Assembly: GCA_050952625.1 (NCBI GenBank)
Contig: JBMNLH010000001.1
Span: 416,001 to 480,000 of the forward strand
Source of the DNA: Bacillota bacterium
Lineage (GTDB): Bacteria > Bacillota > Ch66 > Ch109
Direction of reading: 5' to 3'
Length of the DNA: 64,000 bases
The translations under genes were made by a program, and so were the position numbers. The notes below the pieces were generated by a model. It saw nothing but the letters and a program-made list of their open reading frames with translations, did no database searches and was not told where the DNA came from. This document shows positions 1-10,227 of this stretch, one piece after another (the stretch's first letter is position 1; each line of letters starts with the position of its first letter).

Positions 1-3
1 GGA

Positions 4-960
4 ATGTTAGTAGTCAAAAGTGGCGTTATAGAATTACTAGACAATCAGGGACATCAGTTTGGGCAACTTAAATCACCGACTAATCAGTCATGTATTTCCG
101 CTGCCTGGTCTCATCAAACAAATCAACTGGCGTTGGTGCAGCGAGCGGACGGGGGAATTGATGCGATAATCAAAGTGCCCATCTCAATTAATCGAGAGCA
201 GCAACGAGTGGACTTGGCGAAGTTACAGGCTGATTTAGGGGAAGCGGAGCTAATCTTTAAAGCTCAGGCCGGACAGCAGTTGAATGACTTGAACTGGTCG
301 CCGGATGGAAGGGATCTAGTTTTCACCCTGAAACAAAATCAGGGAACAGCGGAGGTCTATGTCTTAAACGACAAAAACGAGGCAGTCAACCTTGGGCCGG
401 GTAAGAATCCGACCTGGTCTCCAGATGGCAGGCGGCTTGTCGTTGAACGGCCAGGTGAAAAAGCCGATACCTCAGATCTATGGCTGATTCAGCGTGACGG
501 TAGTAATCCAGTTCGTTTAACTTCCGGGCAAAAACCAGTCTGGGGAAGAAATGGCTATCTAGCCTACATTGAGGTAAAAGATACGGAAAGAGTATTAACC
601 TACAATTTAGACGGGTCGCCTCTGTTTTCAGTGCAGCAGCGGTTAGGAGAAATCCGCGTCCTTTACCTGGGCAAGGCCGGCACGGCCGCGGCCAAAGCCA
701 GTCCGGAGGACATTTTAGAAAACAGTCAGTTGCTGATTGCCTCGGATAACCGACCCGGTCCATCTGAGTTAAACTGGCTGCGATATTTGGAGTTAACCGG
801 GGTTCAGGAGCCCAGAACTTTACGCCTGGATCAGGTTAATCGGTTTCAGCAAATCGAGTTCGGGCCTGAGGGTAAAACCTTACTGATTGCCCGCCAGGAC
901 GGCGGCATGGTGGTGCTGGAACAGATCGGCTTACGGGAAAAGTTGATAAAGGCGAGGTGA
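4..960 (+). CDS. TolB-like/PD40 beta-propeller repeat protein (probably 5'-truncated by window edge)
   Basis: Repeated WSPDG-type motifs (AAWSHQ, LNWSPDG, PTWSPDG, PVWGRNG, EFGPEG). Confidence 0.75.
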   Translation: MLVVKSGVIELLDNQGHQFGQLKSPTNQSCISAAWSHQTNQLALVQRADGGIDAIIKVPISINREQQRVDLAKLQADLGEAELIFKAQAGQQLNDLNWSPDGRDLVFTLKQNQGTAEVYVLNDKNEAVNLGPGKNPTWSPDGRRLVVERPGEKADTSDLWLIQRDGSNPVRLTSGQKPVWGRNGYLAYIEVKDTERVLTYNLDGSPLFSVQQRLGEIRVLYLGKAGTAAAKASPEDILENSQLLIASDNRPGPSELNWLRYLELTGVQEPRTLRLDQVNRFQQIEFGPEGKTLLIARQDGGMVVLEQIGLREKLIKAR

Positions 961-967
961 TTGGCCG

Positions 968-3379
968 GTGATAATAGGAGAGTGGAAAATGGAAAAAGAG
1001 AAACGGTTAAGCCTTTTCTTCCCCCTGGTTCTGGCTCTGCTCATGGTCCTGTCCTGCCCGGGGATAGCGCAAGCAGCAGTCAGCCTTAACGTACGTCCGG
1101 GACTGAATGGTCTGTATAAAACAGAACAACCGGTTCCCCTGACCATAGTGATCGATAACCCAGGGCCTGAGTTTGCGGGCTATATTGAGGTAAGGCCCTA
1201 TAATCCGCGTCAATTAGATAGGGATTTGAACCAGACCGTTTATGTAAGTGGACCGTATTCCTCGTTTGATGGGCGTTACCGGACCGCGGTCAAGGTACCC
1301 GCTCAGAGCCGGCAAGAACTGCGATTAGTTATTCCGGGCGAAGTGGTCGCCTCCCTACCAGTCGTTGAGCTGATTTCCGAGGAGGTGGTCCTGGCTAAAG
1401 CCGGGGTGGAAGGGACCTCCGTGAGCGGAGGGCAGATCGTCCTGGCCTTGAGTGAGGAGATTATGGGCAGTGGTTTGCAGTCCTCTGTTTCGGAGCAAAG
1501 GAATTCGTCGATAAATCTGAAGTATCTGCCGCCGCAGAGTCTGCCGATCGGGCTTGAGGAACTAAACATCCTGGATATAATTATGGTCGACCCGGTCGCC
1601 GTCTTAGGTTTAACTGAGTCCCAGGCTAAAGCCATTAAAGAGTGGGTTTATCTTGGCGGCCGGTTAGTTCTCCTTGGCGGAGCCGGAGCGAATGAAGGAG
1701 CTCCTTTTGCCGACCTAACGCCGGTCCGGCCGACTGGAGAAAAGTTAGTGGACGGATCCCTGAAGGGGCTGCGGACTGGCGGGCCGTTACCGGTCGCATC
1801 CGGAGATCTGATTGCCGGGGAGATTGTTTTAGCCGATAATGGGGTCACGGTCCTGGCTCAGCGTGAATTGGGCCGCGGCCAAGTCGCCTACTGTGGGGCG
1901 GTTCCGGCAAACTTGGGTAAGGGAGCGACCGGGGTTTGGTCCTTCCTAGCCGGATTGTCACCTGGCCTAAGTATCTTAGAGGATGGTTCGGTTCTGCGTT
2001 ATATCCCTCTGGACAAAAGGCCATATCTGCAGAACCAGCAAAATTTGGTCGATGCGAGTTCCTATATCCCTCAGTTGAAGGGTCCGGCAGTGAAATGGCT
2101 GATGGGACTGTGGGTGATTTATTTACTTATCATTGGTCCGTTATTATACCTGATCCTGCGGCGTTTTGACCGGCGGGACTGGGCCTGGGGGCTGATACCG
2201 GCGGGAGCACTTTTAGCGGCTTTCGGTTTCTATATGTTAGCTCCTTTCCACCGTTTGCCCGGCCAATTAATCCAGACGTTGACCACCGTGGAAATCCTCT
2301 CCCCCCAACTGGCAGAGGTTAAAGCCGGGGCCACAGTCGTGGCTTCGAAAAAGGGAGACCTGGCAGTCCAGGGAGTAGAGGGGATGATGGTTATTCCAAG
2401 CCAAAATATGTATGGACCAGTGAATAACCAATCCACCCTGATTAATCAGCAGGATAATTGCTACCAGGTAGATTTCCACGAGGTGCCCTTTTCGGCCGCG
2501 CGGCAAGTGGCAGTCGCCGGCATTCAACGGAACCGGGGGAGTATTGAAGGAAAAATGTACCTGGAAGGGAGTAAGATAAAAGGCGATCTGATTAATCGAA
2601 CCGGGTTTGACCTGCAGGATGTTCGGCTAGTATGGGGAGGCAAGGTTATTGAAGCGGCTGAGTGGCCGGTTGATGGTAGCCTGACTATTGAGGAAACAGT
2701 TGCGACTTTGAAAACCGGTGCTTATTCAGATTGGTTTGGTCCATGGCGTCCGGATGATCCCTATTATCGCGAACGTCGGATGTTGAACAATCCGTTGAGT
2801 GGTCCAGTAGTGGTGGAGACGAAAGCAGTTTCTGCTATTGAATCGGTCTGGAGAACCGGGCTGCCGGAAACGGTACAGTTTATCGGCTGGCATAAGGGTT
2901 CGCCCGGATTGCTGACAGTGCAAGGACCGGAAAGGGTTACTCAGGAGTACGGACTGGTGCTGCTCACCCAAGACCTACCCTTGGAAATGGTCCCCGGTGA
3001 GATTAGTTTACCGGCTGGCAGCATCACGCCTTTGTTTGGCAAGGGAATTGAATTAAGGCCAGAAGGAATTATCGTTTACGAAAACAGCGGGAATTTAACT
3101 TATGACTTAAATAATCTAGAAAAGAAGTATGATTTTAAAATAACGGGACTGAGTTTTCCCGCTTGGGTAAGTGCTGAACAGTATAGCATTGAATTGCTTA
3201 ACCAACAAACCGGCAATTGGGAGCCTCTGCCGGAAAATGGTCGAAAGTTTGAAGCTGAGGAAGTTAATCAGTATCTAACCAAAGATAGGCAATTGGAGAT
3301 TCGGATAAATAAAAGAGGCAATTACAGAGATATGCTGCCCGGATGGATCGGCCCGGCAGTGGAAGGGGTGGTGTCCTGA
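968..3379 (+). CDS. Large membrane-anchored ABC-system-associated protein with GATase-like domain (start may be ATG 989)
   Basis: Signal peptide, 'WVYLGGRLVLLGG' motif, two TM helices near aa 375-425 ('YLLIIGPLLYLIL..W..IP'); operonic with ABC genes. Confidence 0.7.
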   Translation: MIIGEWKMEKEKRLSLFFPLVLALLMVLSCPGIAQAAVSLNVRPGLNGLYKTEQPVPLTIVIDNPGPEFAGYIEVRPYNPRQLDRDLNQTVYVSGPYSSFDGRYRTAVKVPAQSRQELRLVIPGEVVASLPVVELISEEVVLAKAGVEGTSVSGGQIVLALSEEIMGSGLQSSVSEQRNSSINLKYLPPQSLPIGLEELNILDIIMVDPVAVLGLTESQAKAIKEWVYLGGRLVLLGGAGANEGAPFADLTPVRPTGEKLVDGSLKGLRTGGPLPVASGDLIAGEIVLADNGVTVLAQRELGRGQVAYCGAVPANLGKGATGVWSFLAGLSPGLSILEDGSVLRYIPLDKRPYLQNQQNLVDASSYIPQLKGPAVKWLMGLWVIYLLIIGPLLYLILRRFDRRDWAWGLIPAGALLAAFGFYMLAPFHRLPGQLIQTLTTVEILSPQLAEVKAGATVVASKKGDLAVQGVEGMMVIPSQNMYGPVNNQSTLINQQDNCYQVDFHEVPFSAARQVAVAGIQRNRGSIEGKMYLEGSKIKGDLINRTGFDLQDVRLVWGGKVIEAAEWPVDGSLTIEETVATLKTGAYSDWFGPWRPDDPYYRERRMLNNPLSGPVVVETKAVSAIESVWRTGLPETVQFIGWHKGSPGLLTVQGPERVTQEYGLVLLTQDLPLEMVPGEISLPAGSITPLFGKGIELRPEGIIVYENSGNLTYDLNNLEKKYDFKITGLSFPAWVSAEQYSIELLNQQTGNWEPLPENGRKFEAEEVNQYLTKDRQLEIRINKRGNYRDMLPGWIGPAVEGVVS

Positions 3380-4320
3380 TGATTAAATTAAAGGGGGTAA
3401 CCAAACAATTCGGGACTACCCGGGCTCTGGATAATTTTAGCCTGGAAGTAAAGGAAGGCTTGGTTTACGGTCTGATTGGGCCGAATGGGGCCGGGAAAAC
3501 CACGGCCATGAGCATCCTGGCCACCTTATTGCTGCCAGATGCAGGCACTGCTCTAGTTAACGGCCGGGATGTAGTGCAAGACCCTCAGGAGGTGCGGGGG
3601 CTAATAGGATATATGCCGGACTTTTTTGGGGTTTATGATGGACTGCGGTCAGCCGAATACTTGGAGTTTTTTGCCGCAGCCTACGGGGTGCCGGCAGCGA
3701 AACGACCCCAACTCATCAAGAGTTTGCTGGAATTAGTTAACCTGCCAGATAAGGGCGAAGTTTATGTGGATACCTTGTCCCGCGGAATGAAGCAGCGTCT
3801 GTCTTTGGCTCGCTGCCTGGTTCACGATCCTCGGGTGTTGATCCTGGATGAGCCCGCCTCCGGTTTGGATCCCCGGGCGCGGGCGGAACTGAAGGAAATA
3901 ATCCGCCAGCTAAAACACTTAGATAAGACGGTGCTCATTAGCTCCCACATTTTACCGGAACTGGCGGAAATGTGTGACGAGGTCGCCATTATCGAACACG
4001 GTCGATTAGTCACCTGCGGCCCAGTTGACCAGATTACCAGGAGTGCCAAAGGGGCCAGACAATTGAGGGTAGGCGTAGCGGAACCAGTGCCAGATCTAGC
4101 CGGGTTTTTAAATCAGCAGCCAGGGGTTAGCAGCCCTTGGGTAGAAGGACTGACGGCACAGTTCTTTTATCAAGGAGACCAGAGCCAGCAAGCCCAGTTG
4201 CTGCAAACTTTAGTGGCCAGCGGGTGGCCGGTGATCGAATTCGGTGAAGTACGACGCAATTTAGAAGAGGTCTTCATGGCCATTACCGGGGAGGAGGGGC
4301 TGCCGAATGGCGGAAATTAA
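3379..4320 (+). CDS. ABC transporter ATP-binding protein
   Basis: Walker A GPNGAGKT, signature LSRGMKQR, Walker B LILDEP, H-loop SSH; ATG at 3379 overlaps upstream TGA. Confidence 0.95.
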   Translation: MIKLKGVTKQFGTTRALDNFSLEVKEGLVYGLIGPNGAGKTTAMSILATLLLPDAGTALVNGRDVVQDPQEVRGLIGYMPDFFGVYDGLRSAEYLEFFAAAYGVPAAKRPQLIKSLLELVNLPDKGEVYVDTLSRGMKQRLSLARCLVHDPRVLILDEPASGLDPRARAELKEIIRQLKHLDKTVLISSHILPELAEMCDEVAIIEHGRLVTCGPVDQITRSAKGARQLRVGVAEPVPDLAGFLNQQPGVSSPWVEGLTAQFFYQGDQSQQAQLLQTLVASGWPVIEFGEVRRNLEEVFMAITGEEGLPNGGN

Positions 4321-5197
4321 CCCTGTTTTACTAAAGGAACTACGCCAGCGTTTCCGGCGGGGCAAGACTGCCTGGCTTCTGGCCCTGTACCTTTTCACCA
4401 TCGGTGGATTTGTCTTGGCTTTCATCTATTTGAATTGGCAAAACGGGCCGGGCTACTATCAACCTAATCGCAGCCTGGAGATATTTATTACTCTGAGTGT
4501 GGTTCAATTATTTTTGCTGGCTTTTGTCGCCCCCGGTTTAACCGCCAGCGTAATCAGCGGGGAGCGGGAGCGGCAAACCCTAAATGTTCTGCTGACCACT
4601 CGGTTAAGTACCTGGTCGATTGTCTGGAGCAAACTGGTGTCTTCGACCGCATTTGTTGTTGTCTTAATTATTGCTACCCTGCCGTTATACAGCATTGTGT
4701 TTCTCTATGGAGGGATCGCTCCCGGTCAGGTCCCCGGGGTATTCGGGTTTTACCTGCTGACCATGTTTCTTTTTGCCTCATTGGGTATAGTTTGTTCTGC
4801 ATTTTTCAAACGCACCGGGGTCAGTACCCTGACTACTTACGGTTTGGTTTTTGCTCTCACTGGCGGCACTGGCTTCCTGGCCGCCTTCCTTACGGAAGTT
4901 GGCAGAATAAACCGGCCGGAAACCCTGGTTAACCCAGGTTTCCTTAACTGGATAGTTGAGTTTTTGCAGCAAACCAATCCAGTTTTTGTATTATTGAAAA
5001 TCCTGGCGGCCGAGGATGGTATCCAGACCGGGGTCAGTTTTGGCCTCCCCTACTGGGCCAACTACACCATCTTCTGCCTGGGACTAGGTCTGCTGCTGTT
5101 GTTTTGGAGCAGCCGATTGCTATTGCCCCGGCCACAGGGACGGTTCTCCCGGCCGGCAGACAAGCACAACCACAGGGGCGGTTCTCCTAATTGCTAG
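4307..5197 (+). CDS. ABC-2 type permease
   Basis: About 6 TM helices, 'ISGERERQTL..LLTT' motif; C-terminal tail runs into a repeat array. Confidence 0.9.
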   Translation: MAEINPVLLKELRQRFRRGKTAWLLALYLFTIGGFVLAFIYLNWQNGPGYYQPNRSLEIFITLSVVQLFLLAFVAPGLTASVISGERERQTLNVLLTTRLSTWSIVWSKLVSSTAFVVVLIIATLPLYSIVFLYGGIAPGQVPGVFGFYLLTMFLFASLGIVCSAFFKRTGVSTLTTYGLVFALTGGTGFLAAFLTEVGRINRPETLVNPGFLNWIVEFLQQTNPVFVLLKILAAEDGIQTGVSFGLPYWANYTIFCLGLGLLLLFWSSRLLLPRPQGRFSRPADKHNHRGGSPNC

Positions 5198-5385
5198 ACA
5201 AGCGCAGCCATGGGGACCGGTTCTTCCATCGGATGGCAGACAAGCGAAAACAAGAAACGGTCAAGGGGGTCTCCTGGATAGAAGATAAGTAAGACACGTC
5301 ACTGTGGATGAATACGAGTCCCGGGCCAGGAAGCGGTCTCCTGGATAGAAAGATAACTAAGACAAGGAGACAGTTCTCCAAAGGG
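5131..5385. repeat. Degenerate tandem array of GGGACGGTTC-type REP-like units plus two GGTCTCCTGGATAGAA(A)GATAA units
   Basis: CCACAGGGACGGTTCTCC / CCACAGGGGCGGTTCTCC / CCATGGGGACCGGTTCTT, each followed by AGACAAGC, period about 38 nt. Confidence 0.6.
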
Positions 5386-5415
5386 TCAGGCGGAGAACTA
5401 TCTGCATCTTCTCAA

Positions 5416-5461
5416 ATAATCTAAACATAAGACCCCCACTTTCATTAGGTGGGGGTTACCT
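5416..5461 (+). mobile_element. Left-end-only copy of IS200/IS605-like MITE (hairpin)
   Basis: AGACCCCCAC-TTTCATTAG-GTGGGGGTTACC matches the left hairpin of the full copies. Confidence 0.5.
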
Positions 5462-5682
5462 ATTTAACTTTTAACTATGATAATAAACTAAACACCGCGC
5501 GTTCTTGATGTTCTAGTCGTGTTGCCTAGTGGCATGAGGGTCCACGCTGCTCTGACTGTAATAAATGCTTATTCTAATTCGGTTAGTTGCTTTTTCAGGC
5601 CTTTTATATGCCGCAACCTGATAAAGTATGTTACAATAACTACAAATGTAAATTATGGAAAGCTAAGAAAGGGGGAAGATTT

Positions 5683-6804
5683 GTGTATACGCCGAAGTTT
5701 TTTGTGGGAAATATTCCGAAAAAGGTGCGTTTGGGTGATATCACGGTCCGGGATGGGTTTCAGCACGAGGAGTTTTATGTCCATCCGGACGCAAAAGTCT
5801 GGTGTATTGAACAAGCCATTAAGTGTGGTTTCAAAGACATTGAAACAACTAATTTTGGAAACCCCCGAATCATTCCTCAGTTTGCTGACTGCTGGGAAAT
5901 TACCGAGCGAGCCAACCGGCTTCGCGAAAAATATGGTGCTGATGTAGAATACACGGCCATTACGATTGCCAAGGATCGCGTTTACCCGGTTATTGAAGCG
6001 AAAAAGGCCGGCAAGCCAGTGCCGGATCGCCTCTTGATCATGGTGTCTACAAGCGAGGCCCACCAAAAAACAAACAGTGGCTTAACCCACCGGGAGTATC
6101 TAGGCAACAGTGAAATAGTCACCCGGGATTTACGGGAAGCCGGGTTTAAGGTATGTGGCGCGGTCAGTACAATCTGGGGCTGCCCGGTCACCCAGTCTGC
6201 GACTGATCTGGACTGGGCCGTGGATTTAACGGAAATCTTTCTGCGGATGGGTGTATCGGACCTAGAACACGCTGATCATGATGGGCAGGCTAACCCGGTG
6301 GCGGTTTACGACTACTTTGCCCGGATCATGGACCGATTCCCCAATCCTGACCTGCATGTCGCTCATTTTCACGTCACTCGAGGTTGGGGTCTGACCAACG
6401 TCTACGCCGCGATGCAGGCGGGTATTACGCGAATTGAAGCCACCTTTGGCGGCATTGGCGGCCAGCCGGCCAATTTTGTCGACGGTCGGCCGGTCAAGGG
6501 TACGGGTAAATACTACTACACCAACCCGGATGCTGTTGGGCTGGTAACTATGGAAGACCTGCTAGTGATGTTAAACGGCATGGGGGTAGAGCACGGAATT
6601 GACATGGATCTGGCGTTTGAATACGGCCACATGGTGGAAAAAATTTGCAAACGGACTTTGCGGTCTTCCGCCCTCCATTTTGGCGATCTGCCGAAGTATG
6701 GGGAAATCAAGACAACTCGAGATTACTCTGTAGAAGAATGGAGAGCCAAGTATCCGCAACCGGTGTATCCGGTCCCTGGGGTACCGGAGGAGATATGGCG
6801 GTAA
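5683..6804 (+). CDS. HMG-CoA lyase / DRE-TIM metallolyase family protein
   Basis: DITVRDGFQ motif, HFH metal motif, GGIGG; GTG start at 5683 follows AAAGGGGG SD. Confidence 0.85.
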   Translation: MYTPKFFVGNIPKKVRLGDITVRDGFQHEEFYVHPDAKVWCIEQAIKCGFKDIETTNFGNPRIIPQFADCWEITERANRLREKYGADVEYTAITIAKDRVYPVIEAKKAGKPVPDRLLIMVSTSEAHQKTNSGLTHREYLGNSEIVTRDLREAGFKVCGAVSTIWGCPVTQSATDLDWAVDLTEIFLRMGVSDLEHADHDGQANPVAVYDYFARIMDRFPNPDLHVAHFHVTRGWGLTNVYAAMQAGITRIEATFGGIGGQPANFVDGRPVKGTGKYYYTNPDAVGLVTMEDLLVMLNGMGVEHGIDMDLAFEYGHMVEKICKRTLRSSALHFGDLPKYGEIKTTRDYSVEEWRAKYPQPVYPVPGVPEEIWR

Positions 6805-6835
6805 GGCGGGCAGGAAACAATAGGTTTATGGGTGA

Positions 6836-6952
6836 GTGAACTCGTCCAGCTTCGCTGAACATCAGGGCTTCAGGTGTAAACCCTACTCTGCCTGAAGTTT
6901 GAACAAGTTAACCCCCATTCATAGAAGCAGGGGGCTTTTCAGCTTAGATAAA
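6836..6952 (-). mobile_element. IS200/IS605-like MITE (PATE), copy A
   Basis: About 115-bp multi-hairpin element; on the minus strand starts TTTAT|C and ends GAGTTCAC; four other copies in window. Confidence 0.7.
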
Positions 6953-7020
6953 CTTATAGGCGAATACAGCAGCCTTGTTTTTGGAATTATAGAGAGCCAG
7001 GAGAGGCTCTCTTTTTTATC

Positions 7021-7272
7021 GTTTGTGGTATTTTTAACATTAGTTTGTGCCCTGCGGGAATGGGCGGTTAACAAGAAAATAAGACCTTACTTCGACTGTC
7101 GTTGCTATGAATATAACCATTTATTCGTTTATCGTGGTGCAGGTAACGCGTGATTATTCTGAGCGAAGCGAAGAATCCTTCTCGCTGAGAAGCAAGATCC
7201 TTTGCTCACGTTCAGGATGACATATGTCCGCTATTTTCATAGGTGGTTGTGTCCTTGGACCATGGGCGGTTA
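7021..7272 (+). repeat. Composite dispersed repeat (GTGGTTGTGCCCTGCGGGCATGGGCGGTTA family) with nested ATTCTGAGCGAAGCGAAGAATC REP-like palindrome
   Basis: About 160 bp homologous to the reverse complement of 53181-53335; core motif present twice; REP-like stem at 7154-7222. Confidence 0.7.
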
Positions 7273-7277
7273 GGCGG

Positions 7278-7650
7278 TCAGTAAGGCAGGACCACCGGAA
7301 TACCTAAGTGCTGCCCGATGTCCGAATAGTGTTGGCCGCGCAGGTCCCGCCCATTGCTGTCAAAGGCAATCGGCGGAACAATGATTAAATCACCTTGCCG
7401 ACCGGCCAGACCCTGAATGAAATCTTCCACCATGAGCAATCCCGCACAACGGATATTCCCGCCAAAGAAACGATTCTAAATCTCCATTACCTGTGTTTTC
7501 TCAACCCTTATTTGAACGGTAAAGGCAGCGGCCATAACCGGATAAGCTAGGGTAGAAGTAGCGATAATAGGCTTTTGAGCCTGATGATGTTTAATGAGGT
7601 CAAGTATCTCTTGAATAACTAAGGGATGAAGATCATACTGCTGTAAAGCA
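7278..7650 (-). pseudogene. C-terminal remnant of DUF512-type (radical-SAM-associated) protein with in-frame TAG
   Basis: Reads ...TQVMEI*NRFFGGNIRCAGLLMVEDF...FDSNGRDLRG...PVVLPY*; N-terminus missing. Confidence 0.55.
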
Positions 7651-7711
7651 GGGTTTGGGTGTAAAATGGAGAAAATAATGGAAAAGATGCATTGAGTAAA
7701 ATAATAGGCCA

Positions 7712-8062
7712 ATTAGTACCTGGTGGCAAAAAGAGGTTGGGAAAGCCTATGATGATTTTTCAAGTCGGATCTTAAGTAGCCTGTATCCTTTCCAAAGTGC
7801 AGATTTAGAAAAACAGTTTTACGAGATGTTTGACGGGGCCGAGGTTTTACCCCTGGATTTGCTGGAGGATTATCGGATAGCTATGGAGGATGAGCCCTTA
7901 GAAGCGGCGGAATTAATGGTTCCGGTTACCCGGGGACAGTTCTGGCAGCTTAAAAAGGATATGATCCCGCAGAAGGAACCGGGATTGTATGTTGTACGAA
8001 GGCCGTACAGTAAAGAATATGGACTTGTTTTGAAGCGGGAGATTCTTAATGAGGGTGTTTGA
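7712..8062 (+). pseudogene. Probable 3' remnant of a CRISPR-associated Cas3 helicase gene
   Basis: Open frame WWQKEVGKAYDDF..LYPFQSADLEKQFYEMFDGAEVLP..PLEAAELMVPV..PYSKEYGL resembles type I Cas3 C-termini (recognised from memory); no SD before the ATG. Confidence 0.45.
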
Positions 8063-8161
8063 CGTTACACTTCTTTTTCGAACAGGGAAGTCAATAGGTT
8101 TCCCTTAGATGAATTTAGGGGCAACGTGATAATGACTTTTTAGATTAGAGGGATAATATCA

Positions 8162-8572
8162 GTGTATCTGAGTGAAAATGATATCAATTTAATCAAACAG
8201 TTCATGTTGGAAAAACTATCTCCCTTTCTTATTATTATCTTTGGCACTGCCGGTCGTGACGAGATGCGCCCGGACAGTGATATTGACATCGCTTATTTAA
8301 GTGACCAACATTTTGCTCCTTATGAGCTTTTTCTGCTCAGTCAGGAGTTAGCCAGGAAACTAAACCGAGAGGTCGATCTGATTGATCTGGCGACTGTCTC
8401 CACAGTCTTCCAAGCTCAAATTGTTGGGACAGGTAGAGTTATTTACTGTCGGAATGAGTACCAGCGCATGATCTTTAACCTGACGGTACTAAAAAAATAT
8501 GCCAGATTAAATGAGGAACGCCGGCCTATTATCGAGAAGATAAAAGAAAGAGGAAGCGTCTATGCAAAATGA
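8162..8572 (+). CDS. Minimal nucleotidyltransferase antitoxin (MntA-like)
   Basis: FGTAGRDEMRPDSDIDIA nucleotidyltransferase motif, VDLIDL; overlaps HEPN gene. Confidence 0.9.
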   Translation: MYLSENDINLIKQFMLEKLSPFLIIIFGTAGRDEMRPDSDIDIAYLSDQHFAPYELFLLSQELARKLNREVDLIDLATVSTVFQAQIVGTGRVIYCRNEYQRMIFNLTVLKKYARLNEERRPIIEKIKERGSVYAK

Positions 8573-8966
8573 TGTAATCTTGAACAAGATTCAGGTTATT
8601 GAGCGTTGCATCAAGCGGATCAGGGAAGAGTATGCGGGTGACCCGCGCAATCTAGCTAATCTAACCAAGCAGGATTCCATGGTGCTTAACATTCAACGGG
8701 CTTGTGAAGCCTGTATTGACCTGGCTATGCACCTTGTGTCTGAAAAAGGGTTGGGGATCCCTCAGAGCAGCCGTGAAGTTTTCGACATCCTCCAAAAAAA
8801 TGGACTTATCGATGAAGCACTTGCTGTTATTCTTATGGCTATGGTTGGTTTTCGAAATATCGCAGTTCATGATTATCAAAAGCTTAACCTGAAGATTGTG
8901 CAAAGTATTATCGAAAGACACCTGGATGACCTAATAAGATTCACTGAGAGAATCCTAAAAATATAA
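8562..8966 (+). CDS. HEPN/DUF86 RNase toxin (HepT-like)
   Basis: RX4H motif FRNIAVH followed by DY; paired with MNT. Confidence 0.9.
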   Translation: MQNDVILNKIQVIERCIKRIREEYAGDPRNLANLTKQDSMVLNIQRACEACIDLAMHLVSEKGLGIPQSSREVFDILQKNGLIDEALAVILMAMVGFRNIAVHDYQKLNLKIVQSIIERHLDDLIRFTERILKI

Positions 8967-9024
8967 AGATCCAATAATCAAAAGTAAATAAACCTCAGAA
9001 AACATTCCCTACTCCCGAAACAGT

Positions 9025-9056
9025 CGGAAGCAAGAGGTCCATCCCTCTTGCTTCCG
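9025..9056. repeat. REP-like hairpin, possible bidirectional terminator
   Basis: CGGAAGCAAGAG-GTCCATCC-CTCTTGCTTCCG; near copy at 30110-30140. Confidence 0.6.
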
Positions 9057-9080
9057 TTTCACGTTAACAGCTTAATTAAA

Positions 9081-9206
9081 CTACCGGCAGGAACCAAAGC
9101 CCCCAAAGCCCCCAAAGCAACATTGAATTACTAGCAGTATGGCTACACAATAAGTGAGGTTACAGAAGTTAAAGCCTCCAAATCCGAATCCAGATACCTC
9201 TGACAT
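9081..9206 (-). CDS. 41-aa Gly/Cys-rich hydrophobic micropeptide (not in ORF track)
   Basis: AAGGAGG SD 8 nt before ATG; MSEVSGFGFGGFNFCNLTYCVAILLVIQCCFGGFGGFGSCR; paralog at 37858-37974. Confidence 0.75.
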   Translation of the reverse strand: MSEVSGFGFGGFNFCNLTYCVAILLVIQCCFGGFGGFGSCR

Positions 9207-9383
9207 TGTAAATTCCTCCTTCAATTATTAATTTAACTGCCTATCTGTCAACAGTATATTCTTTAACAAACCTTATGGTTACACTGAACTTGGCTTGCGA
9301 TATGCGAATAGCCAGTACTGATACAAAGATGACAATGTCTTTTATTAAGATTGGTATTCACCCTGGTATGGGTACTTCATATT

Positions 9384-9528
9384 TATGATTCCACTGCGAA
9401 AACCCCATGGAGTAACAAAATAGTTCCAAAATTAGCAGGAAAACAACAATAAATGTTGAAATACAATATAAGCATCAAATATATATAGGCATATCCAACT
9501 ACTATATTTTGTTCCAGGAGGATCCGAA
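9384..9528 (+). repeat. 145-bp direct repeat (IS left end to transposase RBS), copy 1
   Basis: Near-identical to 19635-19779; ends AGGAGGATCCGAA(TG). Confidence 0.85.
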
Positions 9529-9532
9529 TGTT

Positions 9533-10227
9533 ATATGGAGAGGTAACTACAGGCTTTCCGAAGATGGTGTTATCTGAAGAATACCACAGATAACTGCCGC
9601 TTGTATCTTTAAGGGTTCTGAGAAGCATGGCTGTATTATCGTGCATAATAAACACAGCGTTATTGCGATATTCATCTTTTAATGAAAAATACAGAGAGAT
9701 AATCTCGTCAAAAGAGATGGTAGCACTATCTGCTGTAGTTACATCTGCATCTGCCGTAAGGATACCTGTTGGCTGTGTTGTGCCATTTCCATTAAGCAAT
9801 GCATTTTCCTCAGCCTTGCCAAAACGCTTCGTAAAATCACCCATCAGATATTTTTTAAGATTAAAGTTCATATCGGTGACAAATGAGCGGTTTAGCTTGA
9901 CAAGAGATGCCAGCTTGTATGATTTCACCTGAAACTGTGTAAATGTATCGGTACTTTCGGGGATTGGATCTCCATCTTCAACCCAATCTGCTATACCCGT
10001 TGAGGATACCGCTTGAATTTACCTTCTGCAGAAGATAGATTGATAACAGTAGCAAATCTGCGGAATATATTCTCTTTTGCCAAAGCAGTGTTAAAGCCTT
10101 CTCTGAACTCATCTGGTGCGACATAGGCTCCTGCATTATCAAAGCCCTCGCTTAGATTTTGATTATTTTCTTCTTTTCCTTTCATAACATTCCAAAACGC
10201 TCTATTATAAGTTGTTGATGTTGCCAT
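9533..10227 (-). pseudogene. Phage major capsid protein (HK97-type), frameshifted and 3'-truncated
   Basis: AGAYVAPDEF, FGKAEENALLNGNGTTQPTGI, IFGKPVVTSP; frameshift near 10010; cut by IS end. Confidence 0.8.

Noticed and set aside
7476-7478. Pyrrolysine read-through of the in-frame TAG
   Set aside because: The gene lacks its N-terminus and the family is not a known Pyl user; a simple nonsense mutation is more parsimonious.
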